Positions 39,800 to 53,901 of a stretch of 64,000 nucleotides of DNA are shown here, in pieces (position 1 is the stretch's first letter; every line of letters starts with the position of its first letter). The position numbers and the translations under genes were made by a program. Origin of the DNA: Chara braunii (lineage: Eukaryota > Plantae > Charophyceae). Location of the stretch: contig BFEA01000005.1 of assembly GCA_003427395.1 (NCBI GenBank), forward strand, positions 2,159,288-2,223,287. Direction: 5' to 3'. The notes below the pieces were generated by a model. That model was given only the letters and a program-made list of their open reading frames with translations, was not told where the DNA came from and ran no database searches.

Positions 39800-40455
39800 A
39801 GTCTTCATAAGTTTGGAGGGCTCAATGCTATGTTTATTTTGATTGTCTGAAGGACCTGACAAATTCCCATAAGTTTGGGTGGTCTGGTTGCTTTGACTTC
39901 CGAGGGCTGAATGTGATCGTCTTTTCAGGGACCAATCATTTTTCCATAAGTTTGGATGGCTTGATCGCCTTATTTTCTTTGGGGTTTTCTTATGTTTATT
40001 AGTTTCTTCTTCTTTTTCTGAAAACAAAACTTAGGCGACGGACTGAACATGTTCCCATAAGTTTGGGAGGTCTGGTATAAAGCCACGCACATGCTTGAAC
40101 CAAAAGGCTAAATTGTTTATATTTTATATTATATTACTTATGAATAGGCTAGTCAGACATTTTTTCATAAGTTTGGATGGTCTGACTATAGCTTATCATA
40201 ACTGAAGAGAGTATTAATTAAGAATAAACTTGTGGTAAGAAAGGGAAAGTTGGACGTCGATCTAAGTTGATCGGTTCAGTCATATGCTGCCTTATAAGAC
40301 TAAGGACAAACAATTATATATAATTTTGATACTTAAACAGTCCAAGGCGACTAGGGTGGCCTAGTCACGTGCCCAAAGAAGAGAAAAGTTGTTGTGCTCT
40401 GTGTTTGTGTATATTCTAGCTTAGCTAGGCAGACTCCCATAAGTTTGCGTGGCCT
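39800..40455 (+). other. Array of 6 stem-loops with TAAGTT loop (copy 1)
   Basis: Loops at 39808, 39870, 39947, 40058, 40168, 40440. Confidence 0.75.
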
Positions 40456-41074
40456 AGCTTTATGCCTTATGTAAGTTGGGTATAAGGGCATAAATCATTG
40501 AAAGATTACGAACTATTGTTTGATAAGGTTGACCTTGGAATGGTGAAAGTACTTACCTTTGTGGTTTGGCCTGCATGTGACTGAGTGCGACTACTACTTA
40601 ATCTGAGTTTTAGTTTATGAGGTAAAAAGGAAAGGTGTTGCGCATAGCTATGGTGGAAGGAGGGGAGGGGGAAGAGAAAACAAATGTGCTTTGATCATTT
40701 CTGAGCGGAACCCGCCGAGAAAAGAAGTGTTGTAGAATCCGTGGTCAGATTAAACGGTAAGTTAATAAGTTAGAAGTTAGGCAGAAAAAGTGTCGCGCCA
40801 GAGATGGTGGAAGACGAGAAAGGAGCGAGGTGAAGAGTGTTAATCTCACTCGTTTCTTGATAAAAACGGGTGAGTTAGGATTAGACTCAGGGGTTTTCGG
40901 CCCTGGCGACCCCGATTTTGTAGTTAGAAGGGGGTCCAAAGTCAATAGAAAGAAAGTTAGTAAAGGTACAGGGTGCGGGGGCTGCGCGGTATGAAGGGGA
41001 TGGAGACTTACCTTTTGGAATCGAATGATCCTGGCCTTACTGACGATCAGGTGCGCTCAGGGTACCCGGGTATG

Positions 41075-41172
<98 letters not shown>

Positions 41173-41296
41173 NNNNNNNNNNNNNNNNNNNNNNNNNNNN
41201 NNNNNNNNNNNNNNNNNNNNNNNNNNNNNNNNNNNNNNNNNNNNNNNNNNNNNNNNNNNNNNNNNNNNNNNNNNNNNNNNNNNNNNNNNNNNNNNN

Positions 41297-41353
<57 letters not shown>

Positions 41354-44144
41354 CGCTGTAACAAGGACGCAAGCGAGGAAAGCGCTAGCCATGGCGGGAG
41401 AGGAGATAAATTATTGTGAAAGGGTGTTCCGGGCGAATTGTGTATAAGAAACCAGTTTGAGGGGATCAGACACGAATTGAAACTCGGGACGAGAGCCGTG
41501 GCTTTCGACGAGGTATTGCCACCTGATGAGGATACTGGGTATTACTATTCTTAGCAAATGGTATTCACTTACCGTTGTGCCTGTTTGTGAGAACAGGCGG
41601 GACGTTGTGTAAAAATGCATCCGTTTCAATGAAGTTTGGACACGAGGGCTGCCCGGAAGTTGCGGACAACAACACAACATGCATCCACTCTAGACATTTG
41701 ACGAGTGTTATCAGCGGATAGCGTGAACAATCGAGTGAATACGTGCATCTCCTCCACATACTACGGTAGTGCTGTCACTGGAGAGAGTAAGGAGAAAACA
41801 TCGAAGTAGTATCGCACACTTCCATATTCGAACAGGAAGACTCGCCCGCCTCGTTCTTTTGGCCGGTATGATTCGCCCTCGCAAGGTTTATCTAGACGGA
41901 TATACCACGCATCTTCATTTTGGCCATCGAATGACTCTCCATATTCACTTTGATTGACATTTCTGGCCTAATGGATCGGTGGTTGTAGCTGCGAGCCGCT
42001 GCCCATCGCACCCGGGGTGGAGTTCGATCTTAGCATTTGCGTTCACCAGGTGATGCACTTGACTGTGTTTTAACAGGAGATTCGTCCCCGCTCTGCGTGT
42101 TTCGAAAGTGTTGGAGTAAGGTCGTGGTGAATGGTCACTGTAAGCGTGATCCGAGAGCCATGTGCTGTCGGCGGGTTGTACTATTACTAGTACCAACAAA
42201 TCTAGCTTAACTACTACAGCGTTGGACTGTTGAAGTACGGACTCAAGTTCGGAGTCAGATACTGCTAAACTAATGAAAGGAGAGACCAACTCATGGCTTA
42301 TTGTTGACTAAAGTTGCACCAATCGAAGAGCTATGACTGAGGCATGGTGTCACAGTCCTCGCAGGTTTACAGGGGGTCGTTGCGCCTGTTTTGACTAGGC
42401 TGTTCATAAGTAATATAATATAAAATATAAACAAAATTAGCCTTTTGACTCCAGCATGTGCGTGGCTTCAGACCAGACCTCCCAAACTTATGGGAACTTG
42501 TCCAGTCTGTCGCCTAAGTTTTCTTTTCAGAAAACGAAGAAGAAACAAATAAACATAAGAAAACCTAAAAAAAAATAAGGCGACCAAGCCATCCAAACTT
42601 ATGGAAAAATGCTTGGTCCCTGAAAAGGCGATCACATTCAGCCCTCGGAAGTCAAAGCAGCCAGACCACCCAAACTTATGGGAACCTATCTGGTCCTTCA
42701 GGCAATCAAAATAAACATAGCCTTGGGCCCTCAAAACTTATGGAGACTCTCTCAATCTTTGGTTGACCCAGTCAAACATGCAACACTGCCTTTCTCCCAC
42801 CTTTTCCCCAGATGCAATCCCACAATCTGCTTTCAGTCAAACAATGAAACTGAAACTGACATTGCACGTACATTCGTTTACTTAGCCTGGTTTGTCCTGA
42901 AAGTCAAACTGATAAGTCAAAGTAGGGGTGCATGCAGTATATTCAGTTAAACATATCAGGGAATACAGATAGGGGTTATAACAGGGTTTATAAAAGGAAA
43001 GCAATGGTTACCTTTCAATTCTCTACCTCCAGAACTCCCCCTGAGTTCCGGCAGAGCTTCCGCAATCGGTGGGCTGACTCCCCACAGAGTTCTGTTGCGG
43101 TCCTACGGGTTGCAATCCCGCCTGCCGCCTTCCTCTCAGATCAGGACTAGACTTAGAGTAAGAAGGACAAAAGGAGGGGTTTCAGACTCTCGAGATACAT
43201 GAGAGGGACTGACTCAACTCTCAGGAGAGGACCTTCTTACCTTCACGCGCCTGAGGGCCCCGCAATGGTGACCAATACTGCAGCAGCTTGGTCAAACGAA
43301 TTCAAATGGCTGAGCCCAACTCTCTGACGCCTCCCCAAGTTGCAGCAATAACCCTCTTCGCAGTCACTTCTCCTGACTGCGGCAGCAACCTCTCTTGCAA
43401 TCCAACCCCCATTTTCTCAAGCCTGATCCTGCCACCAAATTACTACACCACTCCCGCTGACCAATCCGCTGTTACGCAGCCCCGAGGGCTTACGATCACA
43501 TAGAACACACTCCTGAGCTCTATCAAACTGTGAGTCAATGAAGTGACAACTCCGTATACACCACGTGGATGGTCTGACTATAGCTTATCATAACTGAAGA
43601 GAGTATTAATTAAGAATAAACTTGTGGTAAGAAGGGACAGGCTGCACCTCGATGTAAGTTGATCGGTTCAATCATATGCTACCTTATAAGACTAAGGACA
43701 GACTATTATATATATTTTGAATACTTATACAGTTCAAGGCGACTAGAGTGGCCTAGTCACGTGCCCAAAGAAGAGAAAAGTTGTTGTGCCCTGTGTTTGT
43801 GTATATTCTGGCTGAGCTCTTCCGGTTCCCATAAGTTTGAGTGACCTAGCTTTATGCCTTGTATAAGCTGGGTATAAGGGCATAAATCATAGAAAGATTA
43901 CAAACTATTGTTTGATAAGGTTGACCTCGGGATGGTGAGAGTACTTACCTTTGTGGTTTGGCCTGCATGTGACTGAGTGCGACTACTACTTAGTATGAGT
44001 TTCGGTTTGATAGGTAGTTACTTTAGTTGCTCGCTACGTGCTAGAGCCATAAGAGTTAGTTTCAATTCCTGCATTTTCTGAGCTAAGTTTATTTTTACTT
44101 AAGTCGATTTCTGCTTTTTTTTTTTTTATCTTTTATTTGTACTT

Positions 44145-44712
44145 GGTCTTGTATAAATCGTGGTAAGTCACTTTCTCTACGGGAAGCGCTGCCGAAATTT
44201 CTACAAAACCAAGGAGTCAGACAAATTTTGTCTTTTTCAGGGTCCAACTTTTCTGAGCTTTTGGCTTAGTAAAAAATTGGAACACCTCATTTTCTAAAGG
44301 GAGTGCTACCCAAATTTTTGCTAATTCAGGGAATTAAACAAAACTAGACATTGAAAAGTCAAAGTCACTTTATATTCTGAACTTAACTTTGTATAAATCT
44401 TGGAATAACACTTTCTCTACGGGAAGTGTTACCGAAATTTCTACAAATCTAAGGAGTTAGTTAAATTTTGTCTTAGTTGAACTAAGGTATTGTTTCTGAG
44501 TTCATATCCGACTTAGTATAAATCTGGGAAGTCTACCCTTGCTAAAGGAAATGTTGCCCAAATTTTTACTAATTCAGGGAGTTAGACAAATTTTGACTTT
44601 CCCGAGTTGGAGATGGTTTTTGTTTTCATATTTGAGTTACTATAAATTTTGCGAAGGCACTTCTTCTACGGGAAGCGCTGCCGAAATTTTCCTTAGTTTA
44701 AAGGAGTTAGAT
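44145..44712 (+). repeat. 5 x ~122-bp tandem repeat, each unit a long hairpin (copy 1)
   Basis: CTAN loops at 44177, 44294, 44417, 44542, 44666. Confidence 0.82.
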
Positions 44713-46524
44713 TATATTTTTGACAGGTGACAATCCTGTAAAATCCACTATGGATAGAGGAGATTCTGCCAGGGTCTTTTAGGCACTTGCTTAGAGGTAG
44801 ACTTAGGCTTAATTAATTAGGATGATTTGAGTGAGATCGTGGTATGGGGATTATTCTCCATGGACTTATAGGTTTAGCTTGGGGGTTGACCTGTCTTGTG
44901 TTACATGTCTTTTTGATCGATTGATTCAGGATTTGGGCTAGATTCAGCTTGATCCTACGAGGATCATCTTCTGTTATCACTGATAACAGGTCGGTTGCCG
45001 ATTCGTCGGTTTACTACTCAACTCCAATCCACTCTTGCTACTCAACCTAAAGACTTTACCCTTGTGATTTGAATTGTTTTGTTGTGTTTTCGCCCGGACT
45101 TTATTTGAATGGTCATTTAAAGAAAGTACTGAGTATTTTATTTTGAGAGTTGCACAAAGAGTAAGGTTTGTATGGGTAAAAGCAAGGGGTGTGAGCGCAA
45201 AGAATGACTGAAGTTGACCCCGTGTAGTTTATGGACTTTGGTTGAATCTTTGATGTGATTGCAGATATGTTTGGTGATTCGGACTTTGGATTTGACTGTC
45301 TGCGCTCACATACATATATATGGTTGAGAGGAGTCACATTGTGATTGTGAGAAGTGATCGTCACATACTTATAACTCTTTATATGTAAGTAAATATATAA
45401 GCCTTGAGTGTTTCATGCGGCCTACTGTGACCGCGCGTAAAAGTTAAATCGATTATGTTTTCCAGAGAGAAGGGAGATACTCTTTTATCCTTTGCTCTTT
45501 AGAATTCCTATGGTTGGACGTTGTAGTCCGTGGCAGCCGTCAAAGTCAAACCCCTTGATTTTTCTCAAGGCCTTAGATAATGGAGTTGGTCTCTACAGCA
45601 ATAAGAGACGATTGTCACCACAAATATGAACCTGTGTACCACCCACTCTCCGCAGGGCGCAGAAGAGGGTGTGGTCATCAACCGCACTTGGTGGTTGTCT
45701 AGCGTCGAGAGATTAGTCCCTCCAGGCGCGTGTCAGTCGACACTTGAGTGTCGCATTGTCGAATGCGACCCTCGAGAGTAACGAGGACCGCATGAGTATG
45801 GGTACTACATAGTACACCATCATTGCAACCGCTTGTGTACGCTTGCATTGCGAATCGATATGAGTTAGCCCTACGTCCGCACGGTTTTATACAAAGTCTC
45901 GCGCGTGATGCCTATCCGATTTCCACATCGGAGAGTTATGAGATAGCTACTAAGGGACTAGGAGTGTTGTCGCATTGTTTGTTCTGTGTCGTTCTGTATA
46001 TGTGTGTGTACGTGTGTATTTTTATTTTTATGTTCTTTATAGTGGTGTGCGCATTGCGCGTGGGATGCGTCCTAGTGGACCGATGGCGAGTCGCGCTTGG
46101 GACCTCAACCCCCCAAGATGTCAGTTCGTGTGCGGGTCCGATAGAGGCGTATTACCTCACGTACCCCATATGCTACAGCGAACGAGAAACGCCCTCGACT
46201 GCTCCACCTCTGTGATTGTAGCTGATTAGCTTTCATACTGTAGGCTGGTAGCTCGACGGGGATACGCCCACCGAAAAAGGTGACAACTCCCGTAAGGTGG
46301 AGGTAAGTTGTGCCTCGCGTAGGCCCTATCCTGTCGTAGGGGCTTGCGAGAGGTATGGCTGGCGCACCTCGGCCGGAGTAGCTTGCGGAAGCTCCATATG
46401 CATTTGCGACGAGGGTTAAAACCAACTCCTACGTGACGAGGCCGGGAGGGTCCCACGCTGCCCTGTGCGGTGCCGGACCGATGCGCTCGACAACGTTGCG
46501 CGGCTTGTCGTGTCAAACGTGTCG

Positions 46525-46695
<171 letters not shown>

Positions 46696-48415
46696 CGCCC
46701 CCCCCCGCTCACACTCGTTGCTTTTCCATGTTGTTTTGTTTTGTTGTTGTTGATTTTTTTTCTTTTTTCTTTTTTTTGTCATTACCGGTCGTTCCTCCCC
46801 CGGCCCCCGTGCGACACGGCGCGTTAACGACCGCGTCAATTTTTTTTAGATGGGCGAGGTATTGGTGGTTTAACAGATTTTCGGTTTGGAGATGGCCTCT
46901 CTAAGGGCCTCACCACACTACTTTCGAAACGCCAGCTCATTTGATCTGCCAGATTGACTTCAAGAGTTGTTTGAATATGGATCCCAAGAACACTCCCTGC
47001 AAAGCTGCATTGAACCTCCGAGTTTCATCCCAGATTCGAGAATGGACCTCAAAGGGACAAACGACTTCTGTCAGACTACTTCACACCGAACATGTCCTGC
47101 TGTGTCAACCGTGTACCGCGCACGGTGCAGAGGCACAACCCGGAGGGAACAAAGACCAATGTTGCAAAAACAGAGGTGCGTAGCAGGCTCCCATTTTTTT
47201 TGGGTTAGCTACATGTCGAAAGAAGTGAGAAGTAATTGCAAATTTATGGTCTAAACACGAAAACACACACGGCAGGATTGAGAGGCCAGTTTACTGCAGC
47301 ACAGACAAATTGTGGGCATGTTTTGTTTTGGGGCGGGGGTCCTATGCATTTTGGAAAGTGCAGGTGTGAGTATGCCCTTAGAACGCCGCATTCCACCACC
47401 AATAGCCGTCATATGCATTTATGAAAGTGTTGCATGCGTCTGTCATTATTTTTTTTTTTCCCTCTTTTTCGTTCGTCCACTTGTTTGTTGGTTGTCGGCT
47501 ATCGACCGATCCTCCACCCTTCTCGAACGCCCCCTGTTATCCAGGTCAGGCAACTTCGTCCATCCTCTTGATTTGTGGAGCTCCGAAGTTGTCTGGCTTG
47601 AATAAGAAACCCCTTGGTGTAATCGAAAAGGAGCACCTCACGACCTCTGTAGGCTACTGCTGTTCCTTCGCAATTTTCCTCTGCTATGACCCCCTCAACG
47701 ATTGGTCCGTCTTATGAGAAGGACCGTACCCTTCGACTTTATTTCCCCGCCCCCTCTAAGCCTATCTAAACCTTAAAAACATTGTTGATGTTTCCCGATC
47801 GGGAAAACCAAAACTATAGCGCAGCCTCCTGGCTGTGAACTGTAATTTTCATTTGGAGACCGACCCCTTAGCAAGTGCAGTGTGGCAAAAGGCACTATGG
47901 AGTGGGATTTCATGTCAGGAGCACTCCCGGAAACTTTATAGAATTCAAGAGTGGTGTGTTGAGGCCCTAAGCCTATGGGCCTTGCCACACGACTCCCAAA
48001 CCCCCCAAAAAACGCTCAGAACCTCCATATAAGAAAAACCGTTTGATGGCCCCCTTTGCCACACTGTGTTCTCAAACTTATCACTCTTGAACGATAGAAG
48101 CATGGGATACAACACAAGGTCGGAAAAGACCTTGGGGAGAACGAAAAAGGCTTTGGGAGTTGGTTGTCTGCCCAGACCTTCTCACAAGTTGCTGGGCTGC
48201 AACTGGCCCTAGACGGGAGGTCTCTCGAAATTGAAGTCTTGCAGACAGGAGGAGAAGGTCGGTTTCATGAGTGTTCTCGATGGCCGAACTCTGACAACTC
48301 ATAAATGGAATTTGGCAAAATAATTTCGGGAGCTGGTGTAGTGGCGCACCAGTACCGAAATTGTTGGGAGTGGTGTGGCGATACCCTATCTCCGCCCCCA
48401 GCCCGCGAGGTTCGC

Positions 48416-50124
48416 TGTGACGATCTATCTTCTGATGGGCGCAATTTTCTGTATGATTGAACCTCGGAGCGGTCGGATGGGCCTAAGGGCTAATTGCATG
48501 AATACCCCCATTTTTTGTCTTCCCCTGTTCTGCAAGAACTTGGTTCCCCAGATGTTGGTGGTCAGGACGTGACTTAGTGAGCGCTGGAATAACGGTTGAT
48601 GCCGCTTTTTCTTTTTCTCTTAGGAAATTCAGGCAGCGAACTTTGGCGCGATCATCGCACTGGGAAATCTTTTCAATTTTTGAACACTTCGAACAGAATA
48701 CGGAGAACCATGCGGGTATTCGAAATTTCTTTTTTGCAATTAGAACTATAATTAGGTTATGATTTTGGGAACATTGTACTTTTGGTTATAACTGCATGAT
48801 GCTCCTTACTCGTGCGGACCTTGCTGTGCTCTGTCTTGCACTCTGTTCCTGCCGTGCTTTAAGTCTAATCGCAAGTGTAATTTCCTCCCATTCCTCTCTT
48901 GGCGAGTGCGGGTGCAACTGTAAAATCTTCTCCCTCTTGACTTCTTTTCGCGCCGAAACATGCGGCCCCTTCCCCTTCATCTCATTGGTTAAAGCAATGC
49001 ATAACTGGATAGATGCCTGGAGAGTGGCTATGTACCCCGCTCTGCGGCCCAAGCAGGCTGACTGTAGGAACCTTCTTCCTTTCACTTCCCCTGCCTTAGC
49101 GCAATCTCCACTATTTTGCGCAGATGCGAGTTGATATAAATTTTGCAAGAGTGATAAAATCGCTCTCTAATCTAACTTTGTAGAATTAGCATGATCGAGA
49201 GGATCGACCAACGAGTGTGGGCATGCATGGAGGATGTGAGTTCGGAGCTGGGCGATCCGATCGGTTGGTGGCGAGCGTGCGGGGTTGACGTGTGGCCGCG
49301 ACGTACTGAGGAGCACGAGCGAACCCGTGGGGCTAAGTTGGATGACAACTTTGGGTTGTTGGTAGGTGCATGGCGAGGGACTGCCTACATCGGAGTAAGG
49401 AGGATTGTGAAGTGGTGAGAGCGGGTGGGGCTCTTTGGTGTGTGTGAACTTCTCTCTTTCCCTTCTAAGAATTTTGGCTTTGACTTCAACCATTTTTGCC
49501 TTTGTAATTTTCATTTTTTGTACGATTGTATGACTTACTCCGTTCTTCAGAGTTCTCTCGTATTTCTTTCCTTTATGAATGATGTCACGAGTGATGATTG
49601 TGGTTGGATCGTTCAATTTTCGTATGCATAATCCCCATTTATGTCTGGAGATGGAATTGTTGGGGAACACGGTGCACACATAACCTTAGCCAGTGGGGAT
49701 TAAAGGAAAATAGAGAAGTTGGCCACCTCGAGTTGCATTACGAATGGATCTTGGGCCACGTGTATACGTTATAGTCGGCCAGTAAACCGGCCCGTCCTGT
49801 GTACGCAAGGCACCCCAAGCCGGGTTGTGTGATTGATATACTTCTGCAGAGGTAGGAACATGCTTGTATTAAGGTGAATTTGTAGCTTGGTATTCAGTGT
49901 TTCTTTCTAAGTAACTGATGATCGTTATTGCTTGAGGGACCACGAGTACATGGAATATCGGGGAAGCGAATATTTTCTCTCATCAATTGCGATCGGGGTT
50001 CCTCGACTTCCTGCAGCAGACGGAAGATGAGTGTGTATGCGAGTGGGATACATAACAAGTTATAGGTCGCAATCCCCATATCCGACAATACCCCCTCGAC
50101 AAATAGTCCTTTTGTGATGTCACG
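48416..50124 (+). mobile_element. Putative 5' LTR of element 4
   Basis: First ~400 bp homologous to 63511-63895; possible end gtcacg at ~50124 (inverse of tgtgac); right boundary uncertain. Confidence 0.55.
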
Positions 50125-50559
50125 GAACTTCCCCCTTGATTACTACTCAAAACAGGGAAAGAATTGCGCCTGCTTCATCGAGGCACCAAAGCAGAAACTA
50201 TGGAACCCCTTGAGCGGTTTGACGTCTCCCTGTTCAAAATCAGGATTAAGATCGCAGAAAAAGTAGTGGACCCTTAGGACGAAGAAGATGGGATTACCCC
50301 TTAGGAACACGTGGTGATCACAGAAGTTGATGCTAAAATGATTGTCATTGTGTTCTCCTGGCGATTAGACAATTCGTTCATTCATCTCTCCCACCCCGAA
50401 GTGCGATACCGGCTCGCAGGAACCAGATGAAAGTCATGATCAACGGACAACCCTACACATTACACGTGCCAGACTATATACCAAACAACATTCACCAAAT
50501 TATTGGCGATATTCTCTGGGTTACCAAGGGGCGATTAGTGTCAGTGATGCAAATATTGA

Positions 50560-51388
50560 GTTGTCTCTGGTAATTCAACATGAGATACAAACAGGAAATC
50601 ATCCGCCCATTCACTACAAACCATACCGATATTCCCTCACCGAAAGAAAGATGGCGTTGGAGAAGATTAAGGAGTTTGCAACAAATGACTGGATCGAACC
50701 CGCCACGGGTCTCTGATCCTTTCTGGTAGTATTCGTCCCGAAAAAGAATGGCTCAATCCGCATTTGCATTGATTATCGATAATTGAACGATATTACGACC
50801 AAGGATGTGGATCCCCTACCGGGATTGATGATTTATTGGATGTGACTGAATGTGCCATCTATTTTAGCAAGTTCGATGTTCGTCGCAACTTCCACCATAT
50901 CATGGTGAAGGAGAAGGGTAGACCGAAAACAGGGTTCGTTTTGTTTGAAGGGACGTGACAATGGATCCGTTGCCCTATGGGCATATGCAACACACCCGCA
51001 ACCTTTCAGAGAGCGATGAATGCCACCTTTCAGAATTTCGTCAACAAGACACAACTGACGCAGGGCAATGACGAACTTTTGTATCATTGTATATATGGAT
51101 AACATCTTGTTGTATTCCGATTCATTTCACGGACACACTCAACACGTAGACTGGATGATGGGAGTCTTGGGAGACGCTAGGTTCAAAATTGCACTTGAGA
51201 AAAACGAGTTTTTCCTTTTGGAGATCTCGTTTATCAGATACATTGCGACACATCGGGATCTGAGACCACGCCCACGTCGATGACATAGGCCCGAACCTTT
51301 TCGGGGTTGGCCTTGTACTATTACTGATTTATCAAGGACTTCGCGGCGGTCACACAGACCCTGACGAATCTCCTACGGAAAATCAGCC

Positions 51389-51390
<2 letters not shown>
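50560..51390 (+). pseudogene. Gypsy reverse transcriptase
   Basis: VPKKNGSIRICIDYR, PLPGIDDL, PMGICNTPATFQRAM, VYMDNIL. Confidence 0.9.
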
Positions 51391-52350
<960 letters not shown>

Positions 52351-52527
52351 ACCGGGTAAGGTGCCCAAAGGTGAAGAGATCGTTCCGTGGAAGGATCCGA
52401 GCATACGGAGGAGTGAAGATCCTCCCTCGGCGTGCAAGAAAGTGACATGTGACCTCATGGCGGAAAATAGAGAAGGTAATGATGGGACCCCTCTCTCCCC
52501 TACTTCTTCTTTCCTTCCTTGCCAGAT

Positions 52528-52700
52528 AAATTTTGCTATTTTTGTCAAGCTGTCTCGAGAGTCTATTCTGTTCCTATGCATCCACTCGGAGAAGGGTACG
52601 TCGATTGGGTAGACTGCGACAAGTGTGTCTCGAGAGCTCATGGATCATGTATCCAACATAGAAACCCTAAAAAGCCGTGGCTTTATTCCTTAACATTCCG
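52528..52700 (+). pseudogene. PHD-finger-like domain within pol
   Basis: CYFC-x~20-WVDCDKCVSRAHGSC-x8-PW: Cys4-His-Cys pattern, last Cys pair decayed. Confidence 0.65.
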
Positions 52701-52959
52701 CTCGATTCCTCGAAGCCACCTCGAAAGGAATGGAAAAGACACGAAGGTTTAGTCATGCAGAAGTCTGGACAAATGTCGTTTTGATAGAAACAATCATAGG
52801 AAACCGTCTCCATGAGTATTCGATGGAAGATCGTAGACGGTTCAATGAGAGGGCACGGGATTATAGATGGAACGAAGGAAGGTTAGAAAAACGAAAAACT
52901 TACGAAAGCGACTTCTGGATGGCCGTACCGCACATGTTCATGCGATACAACTGGGTTAA

Positions 52960-53901
52960 GTAAGCCCACGAGGAGTTGACCTCATATTTTGTTGCCCAAA
53001 TCACAGAATCGACTATTGACGAAAATAAATGGTACTGGTCCAATATTCAAGACAATGTTAAATTCATCATCCAAAATTGCCTGGTTTGCTCGCCTGACAA
53101 GACACCGATTCAGCTGCCAAGATCCATTATGCAAACTGCAGTCGAATGACCATTTTAGAAGGTTAGCATGAATACGACAGATATTGTGGTCCCTCCCAGT
53201 CCTAATAGTTACGAATTTTCATTCCTACTCATGTTTGTAGATCATTTCTCTAACTGGATCGAGACTTACCTACGTAAAACAAGACATATAGCAAAAATCA
53301 TGCGATATGCCAACCACTTCCTCATAATGCATCAGGATACCGAGGAGATCTTAACGGATAATGACGCAAAATTTCGAGGGGAAGTTTTGAGAAGCCTAGT
53401 TGTACATGGTGTCTCTATTTGGAACACCGCACCCCATATGTCTCAATCGAACGACCTTGTAGAAAATGCGAACCAGGTAATGAAGACCGCTTTATGATGG
53501 AATATCACGACTAGAGACACAGGACCCTGACCCGGCATTGTAGATCACATCCTACCCATCCATTGAGGCACACCCCACGAGTCAACAAGTCTGTCCCCGT
53601 TCCAGCTACGGACCAATAGTCTGACTTGTGACTCTCTATCGAGCCTAAAAGACGAAACCACATTGGGTCGACGATCTACGAGGGCGATGATTAAGGAAAA
53701 AGCCGAATGACACTTGGAATCGACGAAACGGGCCCTCCCTCGATTAGCCCGGAAACGATAGCGGAAAACCGAACTGGACCAAGGTCGACAGGTCCGAAGT
53801 TATGACGCTAAGAACGGAAACGCTGGGCCTCGACCCCAATATAAATTAGGGACATCGTGCATGTGAGGAAATGTGTTTGTCAAGGAAAATTGGCGCTACG
53901 A
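52960..53901 (+). pseudogene. Integrase (HHCC remnant, DDE core, start of the GPY/F region)
   Basis: CLVC; MFVDHFSNWIET, ILTDNDAKF, PHMSQSNDLVENANQVMK; GKLALR just before the insertion. Confidence 0.88.

Larger units (their letters stand above)
37182..44005. repeat. ~3.4-kb internal tandem duplication with a ~1.18-kb inversion in the second unit
   Basis: 37182-38880 ~ 40617-42388; 38982-40157 is the reverse complement of 42390-43566; 40175-40615 ~ 43567-44005. Confidence 0.9.
35267..46492 (+). mobile_element. Large non-coding mobile unit, copy 1 (giant solo LTR or non-autonomous element)
   Basis: TGTCGG...TCGACA ends; exact ACGT duplication at 35263-35266 and 46493-46496; colinear with 53902-61193. 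Confidence 0.8.
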
